Part shown: positions 1 to 6,314 of the stretch, piece after piece
How the letters are laid out: every line of letters begins with the position of its first letter
Position numbering within the stretch: the first letter of the stretch is position 1
Source of the DNA: a virus
Lineage: Duplodnaviria > Heunggongvirae > Uroviricota > Caudoviricetes
IMG/VR virus record: IMGVR_UViG_2713896834_000012
Span: 1-10,759 of that record
DNA: 10,759 nucleotides
Reading direction: 5' to 3' (one strand)
The notes under the pieces: model-generated
What the model was told of the DNA's origin: nothing
Seen by the model: the letters and a program-made list of their open reading frames with translations, nothing else
Databases searched by the model: none
Position numbers and translations under genes: made by a program

Positions 1-192
1 TCAGGAGCATTTCTGATTAACGCCACCGTTAAGAATCCACCCTTCAACAGCTTCACGAAGGTATGATTTGGGGTGGGTTCTGACTGGCTTCGGAAATCCG
101 TGTCGTTTGGTATAGTTCCAGATTGTCTGACGTGATGAAACACCGAGCTTGTTCATCACTTCTTTCTCAGGAATCAGGCTGGTATCGGTCAT
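1..192 (-). CDS. AlpA-family (prophage regulatory / excisionase-like) helix-turn-helix protein, 63 aa
   Basis: Complete minus-strand ORF (ATG at 192-190, stop at 3-1). GGAG Shine-Dalgarno (complement of 200-203) lies 7 nt upstream of the ATG. The pattern KLGVSSRQTIWNYTKRHGFPKPV...AVEGWI matches the AlpA/TorI/Xis winged-HTH signature as I recall it. Family assignment is from memory, not a search. Confidence 0.6.
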   Translation of the reverse strand: MTDTSLIPEKEVMNKLGVSSRQTIWNYTKRHGFPKPVRTHPKSYLREAVEGWILNGGVNQKCS

Positions 193-206
193 CTTAATTC
201 TCCAGG

Positions 207-232
207 CAAAAAGAAACCGCCATCAGGCGGCT
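207..232 (-). terminator. Intrinsic terminator-like hairpin between the zinc-ribbon ORF and the AlpA-like gene
   Basis: On the minus strand: GC stem (plus-strand 217-221 ccgcc pairs with 226-230 ggcgg, 4-nt loop) followed directly by TTTCTTTTT (complement of 207-215). It ends about 15 nt upstream of the AlpA-like start codon. Confidence 0.45.
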
Positions 233-296
233 TGGTGTTCTTTCAGTTCTTCAATTCGAATATTGGTTACATTGTTTTCATATATGAATAAATAAA

Positions 297-476
297 TTAG
301 CTTTTTTCGTTGCCTTCGCGTTCTTTATTAATTTTAACAAACTCGTTTTTACCACGCTCTCCAAATGCGTCTTTAGAGTCGTTGTATCCGCAATCGCAGC
401 ACACATAATCACCAGACCATCCACGCATTGTTTTTTCTTTTGCAATATTTCCAGAACCGCATTCTGGGCAAGACAT
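297..476 (-). CDS. Small zinc-ribbon protein, 59 aa ([59 protein letters not shown])
   Basis: Hand translation of the minus strand: ATG at 476-474, TAA at 299-297. Two zinc knuckles, CPECG and C(C)DCG, spaced about 19 residues apart. AGGT 8 nt upstream as a weak RBS. Below the length cut-off of the supplied ORF track. Function unknown. Confidence 0.45.
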   Translation of the reverse strand: MSCPECGSGNIAKEKTMRGWSGDYVCCDCGYNDSKDAFGERGKNEFVKINKEREGNEKS

Positions 477-488
477 ATCACGAACCTG

Positions 489-1070
489 ATGAAAAAACTG
501 GAGACGATAGGATTCGACACCAAAAAAGACCTGCTTATCTCGGTTGGCGATTTGGTCGATCGCGGTACAGAGAACGTCGAATGCCTGGAATTAATCACAT
601 TCCCCTGGTTCAGAGCTGTACGTGGAAACCATGAGCAAATGATGATTGATGGCTTATCAGAGCGCGGAAACGTCAATCACTGGATGCTTAATGGCGGTGG
701 CTGGTTCTTTAATATCGATTACGACAAAGAAATTCTGGCTAAAGATCTTGCCCATAAAGCAGATGAACTTCCGTTAATCATCGAACTGGTGAGCAAAGAT
801 AAAAAATATGTCATCTGCCACGCCGATTATCCTTGTGACGAATACGAATTTGGAAAGCCAGTTGATCATCAGCAGGTAATCTGGAACCGCGAACGAATCA
901 GCAACTCACAAGACGGGATCGTGAAAGAAATTAAAGGCGCGGACACGTTCATCTTTGGTCATACGCCAGCAGTGAAACCACTCAAGTTTGCCAACCAGAT
1001 GTATATAGATACCGGCGCAGTGTTCTGCGGAAACCTCACATTGATTCAGGTACAGGGAGAAGGCGCATGA
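489..1070 (+). CDS. Lambda-type Ser/Thr protein phosphatase (orf221/NinI, PrpA/PrpB family), N-terminally truncated; probably non-functional
   Basis: 193-aa ORF with metallophosphatase motifs GDLVDRG and GNHE and C-terminus ...[13 protein letters not shown], near-identical to the lambda phosphatase as I recall it. The first about 35-40 residues, including the GDxHG metal-binding motif, are missing. The frame is open upstream to 288 but encodes unrelated sequence. Confidence 0.8.
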   Translation: MKKLETIGFDTKKDLLISVGDLVDRGTENVECLELITFPWFRAVRGNHEQMMIDGLSERGNVNHWMLNGGGWFFNIDYDKEILAKDLAHKADELPLIIELVSKDKKYVICHADYPCDEYEFGKPVDHQQVIWNRERISNSQDGIVKEIKGADTFIFGHTPAVKPLKFANQMYIDTGAVFCGNLTLIQVQGEGA

Positions 1071-1690
1071 GACTCGAAAGCGTAGCTAAATTTCATTCGC
1101 CAAAAAGCCCGATGATGAGCGACTCACCACGGGCCACGGCTTCTGACTCTCTTTCCGGTACTGATGTGATGGCTGCTATGGGGATGGCGCAATCACAAGC
1201 CGGATTCGGAATGGCTGCATTCTGCGGTAAGCATGAACTCAGCCAGAACGACAAACAAAAGGCTATCAACTATCTGATGCAATTTGCACACAAGGTATCG
1301 GGGAAATACCGTGGTGTGGCAAAGCTCGAAGGAAATACTAAGGCAAAGGTACTGCAAGTGCTCGCAACATTCGCTTATGCGGATTATTGCCGTAGTGCCG
1401 CGACGCCGGGCGCAAGATGCAGAGATTGCCACGGTACAGGCCGTGCGGTTGATATAGCAAAAACAGAGCAGTGGGGGAGAGTTGTTGAGAAAGAGTGCGG
1501 AAGATGCAAAGGTGTCGGCTATTCAAGAATGCCAGCAAGCGCAGCATATCGCGCTGTAACGATTCTAATCCCAAACCTTACTCAACCCACATGGTCACGC
1601 ACTGTTAAGCCGCTGTATGACGCTCTGGTGGTGCAATGCCACAAAGAAGAGTCAATCGCAGACAACATTTTGAATTCGGTCACACGTTAG
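1067..1690 (+). CDS. Q: Late-gene antiterminator Q (lambda Q type), 207 aa
   Basis: Protein [27 protein letters not shown]... matches lambda Q essentially along its full length (from memory). ATGA start/stop overlap with the phosphatase gene. GGGAGAAGG RBS at 1055-1063. Zinc-binding CRDCHGTG...CGRCKG. Confidence 0.93.
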   Translation: MRLESVAKFHSPKSPMMSDSPRATASDSLSGTDVMAAMGMAQSQAGFGMAAFCGKHELSQNDKQKAINYLMQFAHKVSGKYRGVAKLEGNTKAKVLQVLATFAYADYCRSAATPGARCRDCHGTGRAVDIAKTEQWGRVVEKECGRCKGVGYSRMPASAAYRAVTILIPNLTQPTWSRTVKPLYDALVVQCHKEESIADNILNSVTR

Positions 1691-1732
1691 CAGCATGATT
1701 GCCACGGATGGCAACATATTAACGGCATGATA

Positions 1733-1761
1733 TTGACTTTTTGAATAAAGTTGGGTAAATT
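1733..1761 (+). promoter_or_regulatory. Late promoter pR' with Q-binding (qut) element
   Basis: -35 TTGACT (1733-1738), 17-nt spacer, -10 TAAATT (1756-1761), about 45 nt after the Q stop. Nearly identical to the lambda pR' TTGACTTATTGAATAAAATTGGGTAAATT as I recall it (2 differences). Confidence 0.7.
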
Positions 1762-1797
1762 TGACCCAACGATGGATAAATGCACTCGTTAAATAAA

Positions 1798-1826
1798 GCC
1801 CTGAGTTAATAGCTCGGGGCTTTTTG
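1798..1826 (+). terminator. Promoter-proximal intrinsic terminator (candidate tR' analogue)
   Basis: 8-bp stem (1798-1805 gccctgag pairs with 1813-1820 ctcggggc, one G-U pair), 7-nt loop, then TTTTT (1821-1825). Lies about 30-58 nt downstream of the predicted pR' start. Confidence 0.45.
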
Positions 1827-1968
1827 CGTTTTAAGCACGGCCTTTCTGAAAGCACATCAAACCAAATACCAGACAGACAAAAATAATCACCTTATCCGCT
1901 GTGGCTACGTTGTGGTGTGCTTTGCATAAAAGAAAACCAGCTCAATGGCTGGCTTCGTGAAAGCGGGT

Positions 1969-2004
1969 GGCAGGAGGTCGCGCTAACAACCTCCTGCCGT
2001 TTTG
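1969..2004 (+). terminator. Conserved GC-rich stem-loop with U-tract, about 120 nt upstream of S
   Basis: ggcaggagg (1969-1977), 12-nt loop, cctcctgcc (1990-1998), then GTTTTG. The same element sits upstream of S in lambda (from memory). Terminator-like, but its function here is not established. Confidence 0.4.
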
Positions 2005-2103
2005 CCCGTGCATATCGGTCACGAACAAATCTGATTGCTAAACACAGTAGCCTGGATTTGTTCTATCAGTAATCGACCTTATTCCTAATTAAATAGAGCA
2101 AAT

Positions 2104-2117
2104 CCCCTTATTGGGGG
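2104..2117 (+). promoter_or_regulatory. sdi-like stem-loop controlling the S107/S105 dual start
   Basis: cccc (2104-2107), ttatt loop, ggggg (2113-2117), immediately upstream of the Met-Lys-Met start of S, as in lambda. Confidence 0.6.
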
Positions 2118-2123
2118 TAAGAC

Positions 2124-2447
2124 ATGAAGATGCCAGAAAAACATGACCTGTTAGCCGCCATTCTCGCGGCAAAGGAACAAGGCATCGGGGCAATCCTTGC
2201 GTTTGCAATGGCGTACCTTCGCGGCAGATATAATGGCGGTGCGTTTACAAAAACAGTAATCGACGCAACGATGTGCGCCATTATCGCCTGGTTCATTCGT
2301 GACCTTCTCGACTTCGCCGGACTAAGTAGCAACCTCGCTTATATAACGAGCGTGTTCATCGGCTACATCGGTACTGACTCGATTGGTTCGCTTATCAAAC
2401 GCTTCGCTGCTAAAAAAGCCGGAGTAGAAGATGGTGGAAATCAATAA
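2124..2447 (+). CDS. S: Holin S (class I; dual start, S107 antiholin at 2124 and S105 holin at 2130)
   Basis: 107-aa protein [39 protein letters not shown]... essentially identical to lambda S (from memory), with three transmembrane segments. Confidence 0.95.
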   Translation: MKMPEKHDLLAAILAAKEQGIGAILAFAMAYLRGRYNGGAFTKTVIDATMCAIIAWFIRDLLDFAGLSSNLAYITSVFIGYIGTDSIGSLIKRFAAKKAGVEDGGNQ

Positions 2448-2907
2448 TCAACGTAAGGCGTTCCTCGATATGCTGGCGTGGTCAGAGGGAACTGATAACG
2501 GACGACAGAAAACCAGAAATCATGGTTATGACGTCATTGTTGGCGGAGAGCTATTCACTGATTACTCCGATCACCCTCGCAAACTTGTCACGCTAAACCC
2601 AAAACTCAAATCAACAGCAGCCGGACGTTACCAGCTTCTTTCCCGTTGGTGGGATGCCTACCGCAAGCAGCTTGGACTGAAAGACTTCTCTCCGAAAAGC
2701 CAGGACGCTGTGGCATTGCAGCAGATTAAGGAGCGTGGCGCTTTGCCGATGATTGATCGTGGTGATATTCGTCAGGCAATCGACCGTTGCAGCAATATCT
2801 GGGCTTCACTGCCTGGGGCTGGTTATGGTCAGTTCGAGCATAAGGCTGACAGCCTGATTGCAAAATTCAAAGAAGCAGGGGGAACGGTCAGAGAGATTGA
2901 GGTATGA
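2431..2907 (+). CDS. R: Endolysin R (lytic transglycosylase)
   Basis: 158-aa protein [39 protein letters not shown]... matches lambda R (from memory). Overlaps the 3' end of S by 17 nt. Confidence 0.95.
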   Translation: MVEINNQRKAFLDMLAWSEGTDNGRQKTRNHGYDVIVGGELFTDYSDHPRKLVTLNPKLKSTAAGRYQLLSRWWDAYRKQLGLKDFSPKSQDAVALQQIKERGALPMIDRGDIRQAIDRCSNIWASLPGAGYGQFEHKADSLIAKFKEAGGTVREIEV

Positions 2908-3341
2908 GCAGAGTCACCGCGATTATCTCCGCTCTGGTTATCTGCATCATCGTCTGTCTGTCATGGGCTGTTAATCATTACCGTGATAACGCCATCGCCT
3001 ATAAAGAACAGCGCGATAAAGCCACGTACATCATCGCTGACATGCAGAAGCGTCAACGTGATGTAGCAGAACTCGACGCCAGATACACAAAGGAGCTTGC
3101 TGATGCTAACGCGACTATCGAAAGTCTCCGTGCTGATGTTTCTGCTGGGCGTAAGCGCCTGCAAGTCGCCGCCACCTGTGCAAGGTCAACGACCAGAGCC
3201 AGCGGCATGGGCGATGGAGAAAGCCCAGGACTTACAGCAGATGCTGAACTCAATTATTACCGTCTCCGAAGTGGAATCGACAAGATAACCGCGCAGGTTA
3301 ACTACCTGCAGGAATACATCAGGATGCAATGCCTGAAATGA
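2904..3341 (+). CDS. Rz: Inner-membrane spanin Rz (i-spanin)
   Basis: ATGA overlap with the R stop. N-terminus [31 protein letters not shown]... is lambda Rz-like with an N-terminal transmembrane helix and predicted coiled coil. The central region diverges from lambda. Confidence 0.85.
   Translation: MSRVTAIISALVICIIVCLSWAVNHYRDNAIAYKEQRDKATYIIADMQKRQRDVAELDARYTKELADANATIESLRADVSAGRKRLQVAATCARSTTRASGMGDGESPGLTADAELNYYRLRSGIDKITAQVNYLQEYIRMQCLK
3103..3288 (+). CDS. Rz1: Outer-membrane lipoprotein spanin Rz1 (o-spanin), embedded in the +1 frame of Rz
   Basis: AGGAG (3091-3095) 7 nt upstream of ATG 3103. Signal peptide [20 protein letters not shown] with lipobox VSAC, followed by a proline-rich stretch ([13 protein letters not shown]). 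The track's 3097 start is a TTG in the same frame. Confidence 0.7.
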   Translation: MLTRLSKVSVLMFLLGVSACKSPPPVQGQRPEPAAWAMEKAQDLQQMLNSIITVSEVESTR

Positions 3342-3377
3342 TCGGGCGATGAAAACCAAAAAAAACAGGAGCAATAC

Positions 3378-3653
3378 ATGACTAAGCTTTATCACCGCAT
3401 CTCAACTTTTCTCTCTGGTTGCTGGGCGTTTATCACGTCTATTTCGTTCGCCATCTTTAGTTTCGGTAGCACAGCGTGCTCGCTTAGTCGGGGTCTGTGG
3501 CGTGCTATTTCAGCACTAGCGCCGAAATTTTTACCTGAAAAGGCTGTTTGGCGAATTGTAGAGCGAATGTGTAGTGAGAGCGTTCGCGAGAAGATTAACG
3601 TATTTGGACGTCATCCTCGAAATACAGGCGCATTGTGCAGTCCGTTACTGTAG
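3378..3653 (+). CDS. Hypothetical protein, 91 aa, hydrophobic N-terminal segment (possible membrane protein)
   Basis: Strong RBS (AGGAG at 3367-3371, 6 nt before the ATG). Occupies the position where lambda carries bor, but on the opposite strand and with unrelated sequence. No family recognised. Confidence 0.45.
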   Translation: MTKLYHRISTFLSGCWAFITSISFAIFSFGSTACSLSRGLWRAISALAPKFLPEKAVWRIVERMCSESVREKINVFGRHPRNTGALCSPLL

Positions 3654-3654
3654 T

Positions 3655-3690
3655 CATTCCAAATCCCATCTACGGGTGGGCTTGATAATG
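3655..3690. repeat. Intergenic motif copy A (CATTCC...CTACGGGTGGGCTTGATAATG), imperfect hairpin
   Basis: Begins 2 nt after the stop of the 3378-3653 ORF. Shares CATTCC plus CTACrGrGTGG.CTT(T)GATAATG with 4319-4346. Confidence 0.5.
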
Positions 3691-3745
3691 AAACCGTGAT
3701 TTACATCCCCACAATCCGGGTATGTAAAAGATAGTTCAGGCGAGA

Positions 3746-3765
3746 ACAGATTTAACTAAATCTGT
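3746..3765. promoter_or_regulatory. Perfect palindrome ACAGATTTA-AC-TAAATCTGT (9-bp arms)
   Basis: Read directly from the sequence. Lies in the 283-nt non-coding gap between 3653 and 3937. Candidate dimeric protein-binding site or RNA hairpin. Confidence 0.4.
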
Positions 3766-3936
3766 GCACCACCAGTTGCGGCAGTACAGCGAAACAACCC
3801 AAGCCAGAAAGTGGGGAAATAACACTGGCAGCCACTGAAAGATGAACCTCCAGCCTTATGGCAAAAAAGATTCTTTGTGGTGGCGGACTGATGGAAAGAC
3901 ATCCTAATCAAGCAACCACTCTACAGGGTCATAATT

Positions 3937-4305
3937 ATGAACGACAAGCAAATTGAAAAAGAAATCGCAGCCAAGGGTAAGGCGGCTCGCGTTACTCCTG
4001 AACACATTGCCAGCATAATCGCCAGCGAACATTACTTTACGGCCGCTGATGGTGCTCGCTTTGCTCATGTGCAGAGAAGCGAAACATACAGCGTAAAAAT
4101 CCCAGACCAGCCTGACGAGCTGGAGCTGCTGACATTCTGCGTTCTGGTGCTGAAGAATGGCTTTACGGTCACCGGGGAAAGCGCCTGCGCCAGCCCAGAG
4201 AACTTCGATGAAGAAATCGGGCGCAAGATTGCTCGCCAGAATGCTGTAAACAAAATCTGGATGCTCGAAGGTTACTTGCTGAAGCAGAAGCTAAGCGAAC
4301 AGTAG
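3937..4305 (+). CDS. Phage protein of unknown function, 122 aa (possibly the gp49/Sf6-gp66-like family found upstream of terminase genes)
   Basis: Clean ORF located between the lysis cassette and the small terminase gene. Family assignment is tentative and from memory only. Confidence 0.55.
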   Translation: MNDKQIEKEIAAKGKAARVTPEHIASIIASEHYFTAADGARFAHVQRSETYSVKIPDQPDELELLTFCVLVLKNGFTVTGESACASPENFDEEIGRKIARQNAVNKIWMLEGYLLKQKLSEQ

Positions 4306-4318
4306 TTATTACAAAAGC

Positions 4319-4346
4319 CATTCCCTACAGAGTGGCTTTGATAATG
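4319..4346. repeat. Intergenic motif copy B (CATTCC-CTACAGAGTGGCTTTGATAATG), hairpin aaagcca/tggcttt
   Basis: Begins 14 nt after the stop of the 3937-4305 ORF. 7-bp stem (4314-4320 pairs with 4333-4339). Related to copy A and to the sequence just before the ATG at 3937 (CTACAGGGTCATAATTATG). Confidence 0.5.
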
Positions 4347-4408
4347 GCTTATACCCTACACGGGATAACTTAACTGATATCCCTTTTAACGGATAAACGG
4401 AGCCAACA

Positions 4409-4651
4409 ATGGCAGAGATTATTCCCATGACTGAAGAACAGAAATTCCAGCTAGAGATTTACAAACTGGTCATGAACCAGAACGCAGCCGCAGAGGAAGC
4501 ATTTCAATTTATTGGCACTGACGAACTGAAGCTTGAGCTATTCAAAATTCACTTCCAGTCAGGCGGCGCTAATTCAGATATCACGACCCGCACAATCGAA
4601 GCGGTGCGTAAATCGAAGGAAGCGTTAGACCTGTTCACTACCGGAGCATAA
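4409..4651 (+). CDS. Hypothetical small acidic phage protein, 80 aa
   Basis: GGAG RBS (4399-4402) 6 nt before the ATG. Its stop (4649-4651) lies 2 nt before the small terminase start, suggesting co-transcription. Confidence 0.5.
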   Translation: MAEIIPMTEEQKFQLEIYKLVMNQNAAAEEAFQFIGTDELKLELFKIHFQSGGANSDITTRTIEAVRKSKEALDLFTTGA

Positions 4652-4653
4652 AC

Positions 4654-5094
4654 ATGGCGCGCCCAACAAAGTATCAAGAGGCGTATGCCGAACAGGCACG
4701 CAAACTGTGCTTGCTGGGCTACACCGATGCAGAGCTTGCTGATTTCTTCGAAGTCAGTGAGTCAACTATTAACAAGTGGAAGCTCGATTATCCTAAGTTT
4801 TCGGAGTCCATAAAAAAGGGTAAGGCCGTCGCTGATGCAGAAGTTAGTGACCGTCTTTATCAACGCGCTATGGGCTTCGTGGCTCCAGACATCGATATTC
4901 GTGTTATTGAAAACAGAATTGTCGAAACTCCGCTTGAGAAGTATTACCCGCCTGATACAACAGCTGCCATCTTCTGGCTTAAGAACCGACAGAAGGATAA
5001 ATGGCGCGACAAGGTTGATCACGAGCTAACAGGCAAAGACGGCGGCGCAATTCAGATTGAAACATCACCGATGAGCACTCTATTCGGAAAATGA
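4654..5094 (+). CDS. Terminase small subunit (HTH DNA-binding), 146 aa
   Basis: N-terminal HTH-like segment (...GYTDAELADFFEVSESTINKWK...). Immediately precedes the large terminase subunit and is translationally coupled to it by an ATGA overlap at 5091-5094. Confidence 0.75.
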   Translation: MARPTKYQEAYAEQARKLCLLGYTDAELADFFEVSESTINKWKLDYPKFSESIKKGKAVADAEVSDRLYQRAMGFVAPDIDIRVIENRIVETPLEKYYPPDTTAAIFWLKNRQKDKWRDKVDHELTGKDGGAIQIETSPMSTLFGK

Positions 5095-6314
5095 CCTCGA
5101 TTAATCCTATCTTTGAACCGTTCATTGAGGCGCATCGCTACAAAGTCGCCAAAGGCGGTCGAGGTAGCGGTAAGTCATGGGCAATTGCTAGGCTGCTTGT
5201 TGAAGCGGCGCGTCGTCAGCCAGTGCGTATTCTCTGCGCTCGTGAACTGCAAAACAGTATCAGCGATTCGGTAATCCGGTTGCTTGAAGATACCATCGAG
5301 CGGGAAGGGTATTCGGCTGAGTTTGAAATTCAGCGTTCAATGATTCGTCATCTCGGTACGAATGCTGAATTCATGTTCTACGGCATCAAAAACAACCCGA
5401 CGAAGATTAAATCGCTCGAAGGCATTGATATCTGCTGGGTGGAAGAAGCGGAAGCGGTAACGAAGGAATCATGGGATATCCTGATACCAACCATCCGCAA
5501 GCCGTTTTCCGAAATATGGGTGAGCTTTAACCCGAAAAACATCCTCGACGATACCTATCAGCGATTCGTCGTAAATCCTCCCGATGATATTTGTCTGCTG
5601 ACAGTGAACTACACCGACAACCCGCACTTTCCTGAAGTTCTCCGTCTGGAGATGGAAGAGTGTAAACGCAGAAATCCGACACTGTATCGTCACATCTGGC
5701 TTGGTGAGCCAGTAAGCGCAAGTGATATGGCAATCATCAAACGTGAATGGCATGAAGCCGCAACCGATGCGCACAAGAAACTCGGATGGAAAGCGAAAGG
5801 CGCTGTTGTCTCTGCGCATGACCCATCAGATACAGGGCCAGATGCTAAAGGTTATGCATCGCGTCACGGTTCGGTAGTTAAGCGCATTGCTGAAGGTCTG
5901 CTGATGGACATCAACGAGGGTGCTGACTGGGCTACTTCGCTGGCGATTGAAGACGGTGCTGACCACTACCTGTGGGATGGCGATGGCGTTGGTGCCGGGC
6001 TACGCAGACAGACAACGGAAGCGTTCTCCGGCAAGAAAATCACCGCCACGATGTTCAAGGGCAGCGAATCGCCATTCGATGAAGATGCTCCGTATCAGGC
6101 CGGAGCATGGGCTGATGAAGTAGTACAGGGCGACAACGTTCGCACTATTGGCGATGTGTTCCGCAATAAGCGAGCGCAATTCTATTACGCGCTGGCTGAC
6201 AGGCTGTATCTAACCTGCAGAAGCTTGGTAAGGTTGCTGATAACGAGACTATTTCAAAACTTCAGTCCTATCGTGATGAGCTTGTTCGCAATGCTGGTCC
6301 AGATGGTCCGGTAA
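5091..6314 (+). CDS. Terminase large subunit (PBSX/Sf6-like family), C-terminally truncated or frame-disrupted; probable pseudogene
   Basis: Walker A motif KGGRGSGKS near the N-terminus, ATPase and RNase-H-like nuclease regions recognisable to about residue 372 (...RAQFYYALADRLYLT). The last about 35 residues (CRSLVRLLITRLFQNFSPIVMSLFAMLVQMVR) look like out-of-frame junk. No portal gene follows. Confidence 0.85.
   Translation: MTSINPIFEPFIEAHRYKVAKGGRGSGKSWAIARLLVEAARRQPVRILCARELQNSISDSVIRLLEDTIEREGYSAEFEIQRSMIRHLGTNAEFMFYGIKNNPTKIKSLEGIDICWVEEAEAVTKESWDILIPTIRKPFSEIWVSFNPKNILDDTYQRFVVNPPDDICLLTVNYTDNPHFPEVLRLEMEECKRRNPTLYRHIWLGEPVSASDMAIIKREWHEAATDAHKKLGWKAKGAVVSAHDPSDTGPDAKGYASRHGSVVKRIAEGLLMDINEGADWATSLAIEDGADHYLWDGDGVGAGLRRQTTEAFSGKKITATMFKGSESPFDEDAPYQAGAWADEVVQGDNVRTIGDVFRNKRAQFYYALADRLYLTCRSLVRLLITRLFQNFSPIVMSLFAMLVQMVR

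Noticed and set aside
278-676. 132-aa minus-strand ORF from the track
   Set aside because: Its 3' part is antisense to the well-supported phosphatase gene and has no recognisable features. The real minus-strand gene in this region is the shorter zinc-ribbon ORF at 297-476, which is in a different frame.
1193-1574. Minus-strand ORFs at 1193-1432 and 1338-1574
   Set aside because: Fully antisense to Q, which matches lambda Q. Treated as chance antisense frames.
1969-2004. Calling this hairpin lambda tR'
   Set aside because: By my recollection the lambda tR' hairpin is the CCCGAAAC...GTTTCGGG-T6 structure at +133 to +194, which is absent here. This GC hairpin is a separate conserved element closer to S, so it is listed only as terminator-like.
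3186-3395. Minus-strand 69-aa ORF at the lambda bor position
   Set aside because: Sequence is unrelated to Bor as I recall it, with no lipoprotein signal. It overlaps the Rz 3' end and the RBS of the plus-strand ORF.
6215-6226. Adjacent PstI and HindIII sites (CTGCAGAAGCTT) at the terminase deletion junction, possible cloning scar
   Set aside because: In the downstream gene frame the sites encode an ordinary L-Q-K-L within a natural-looking coding stretch, and there is no vector or linker sequence around. Judged coincidental.
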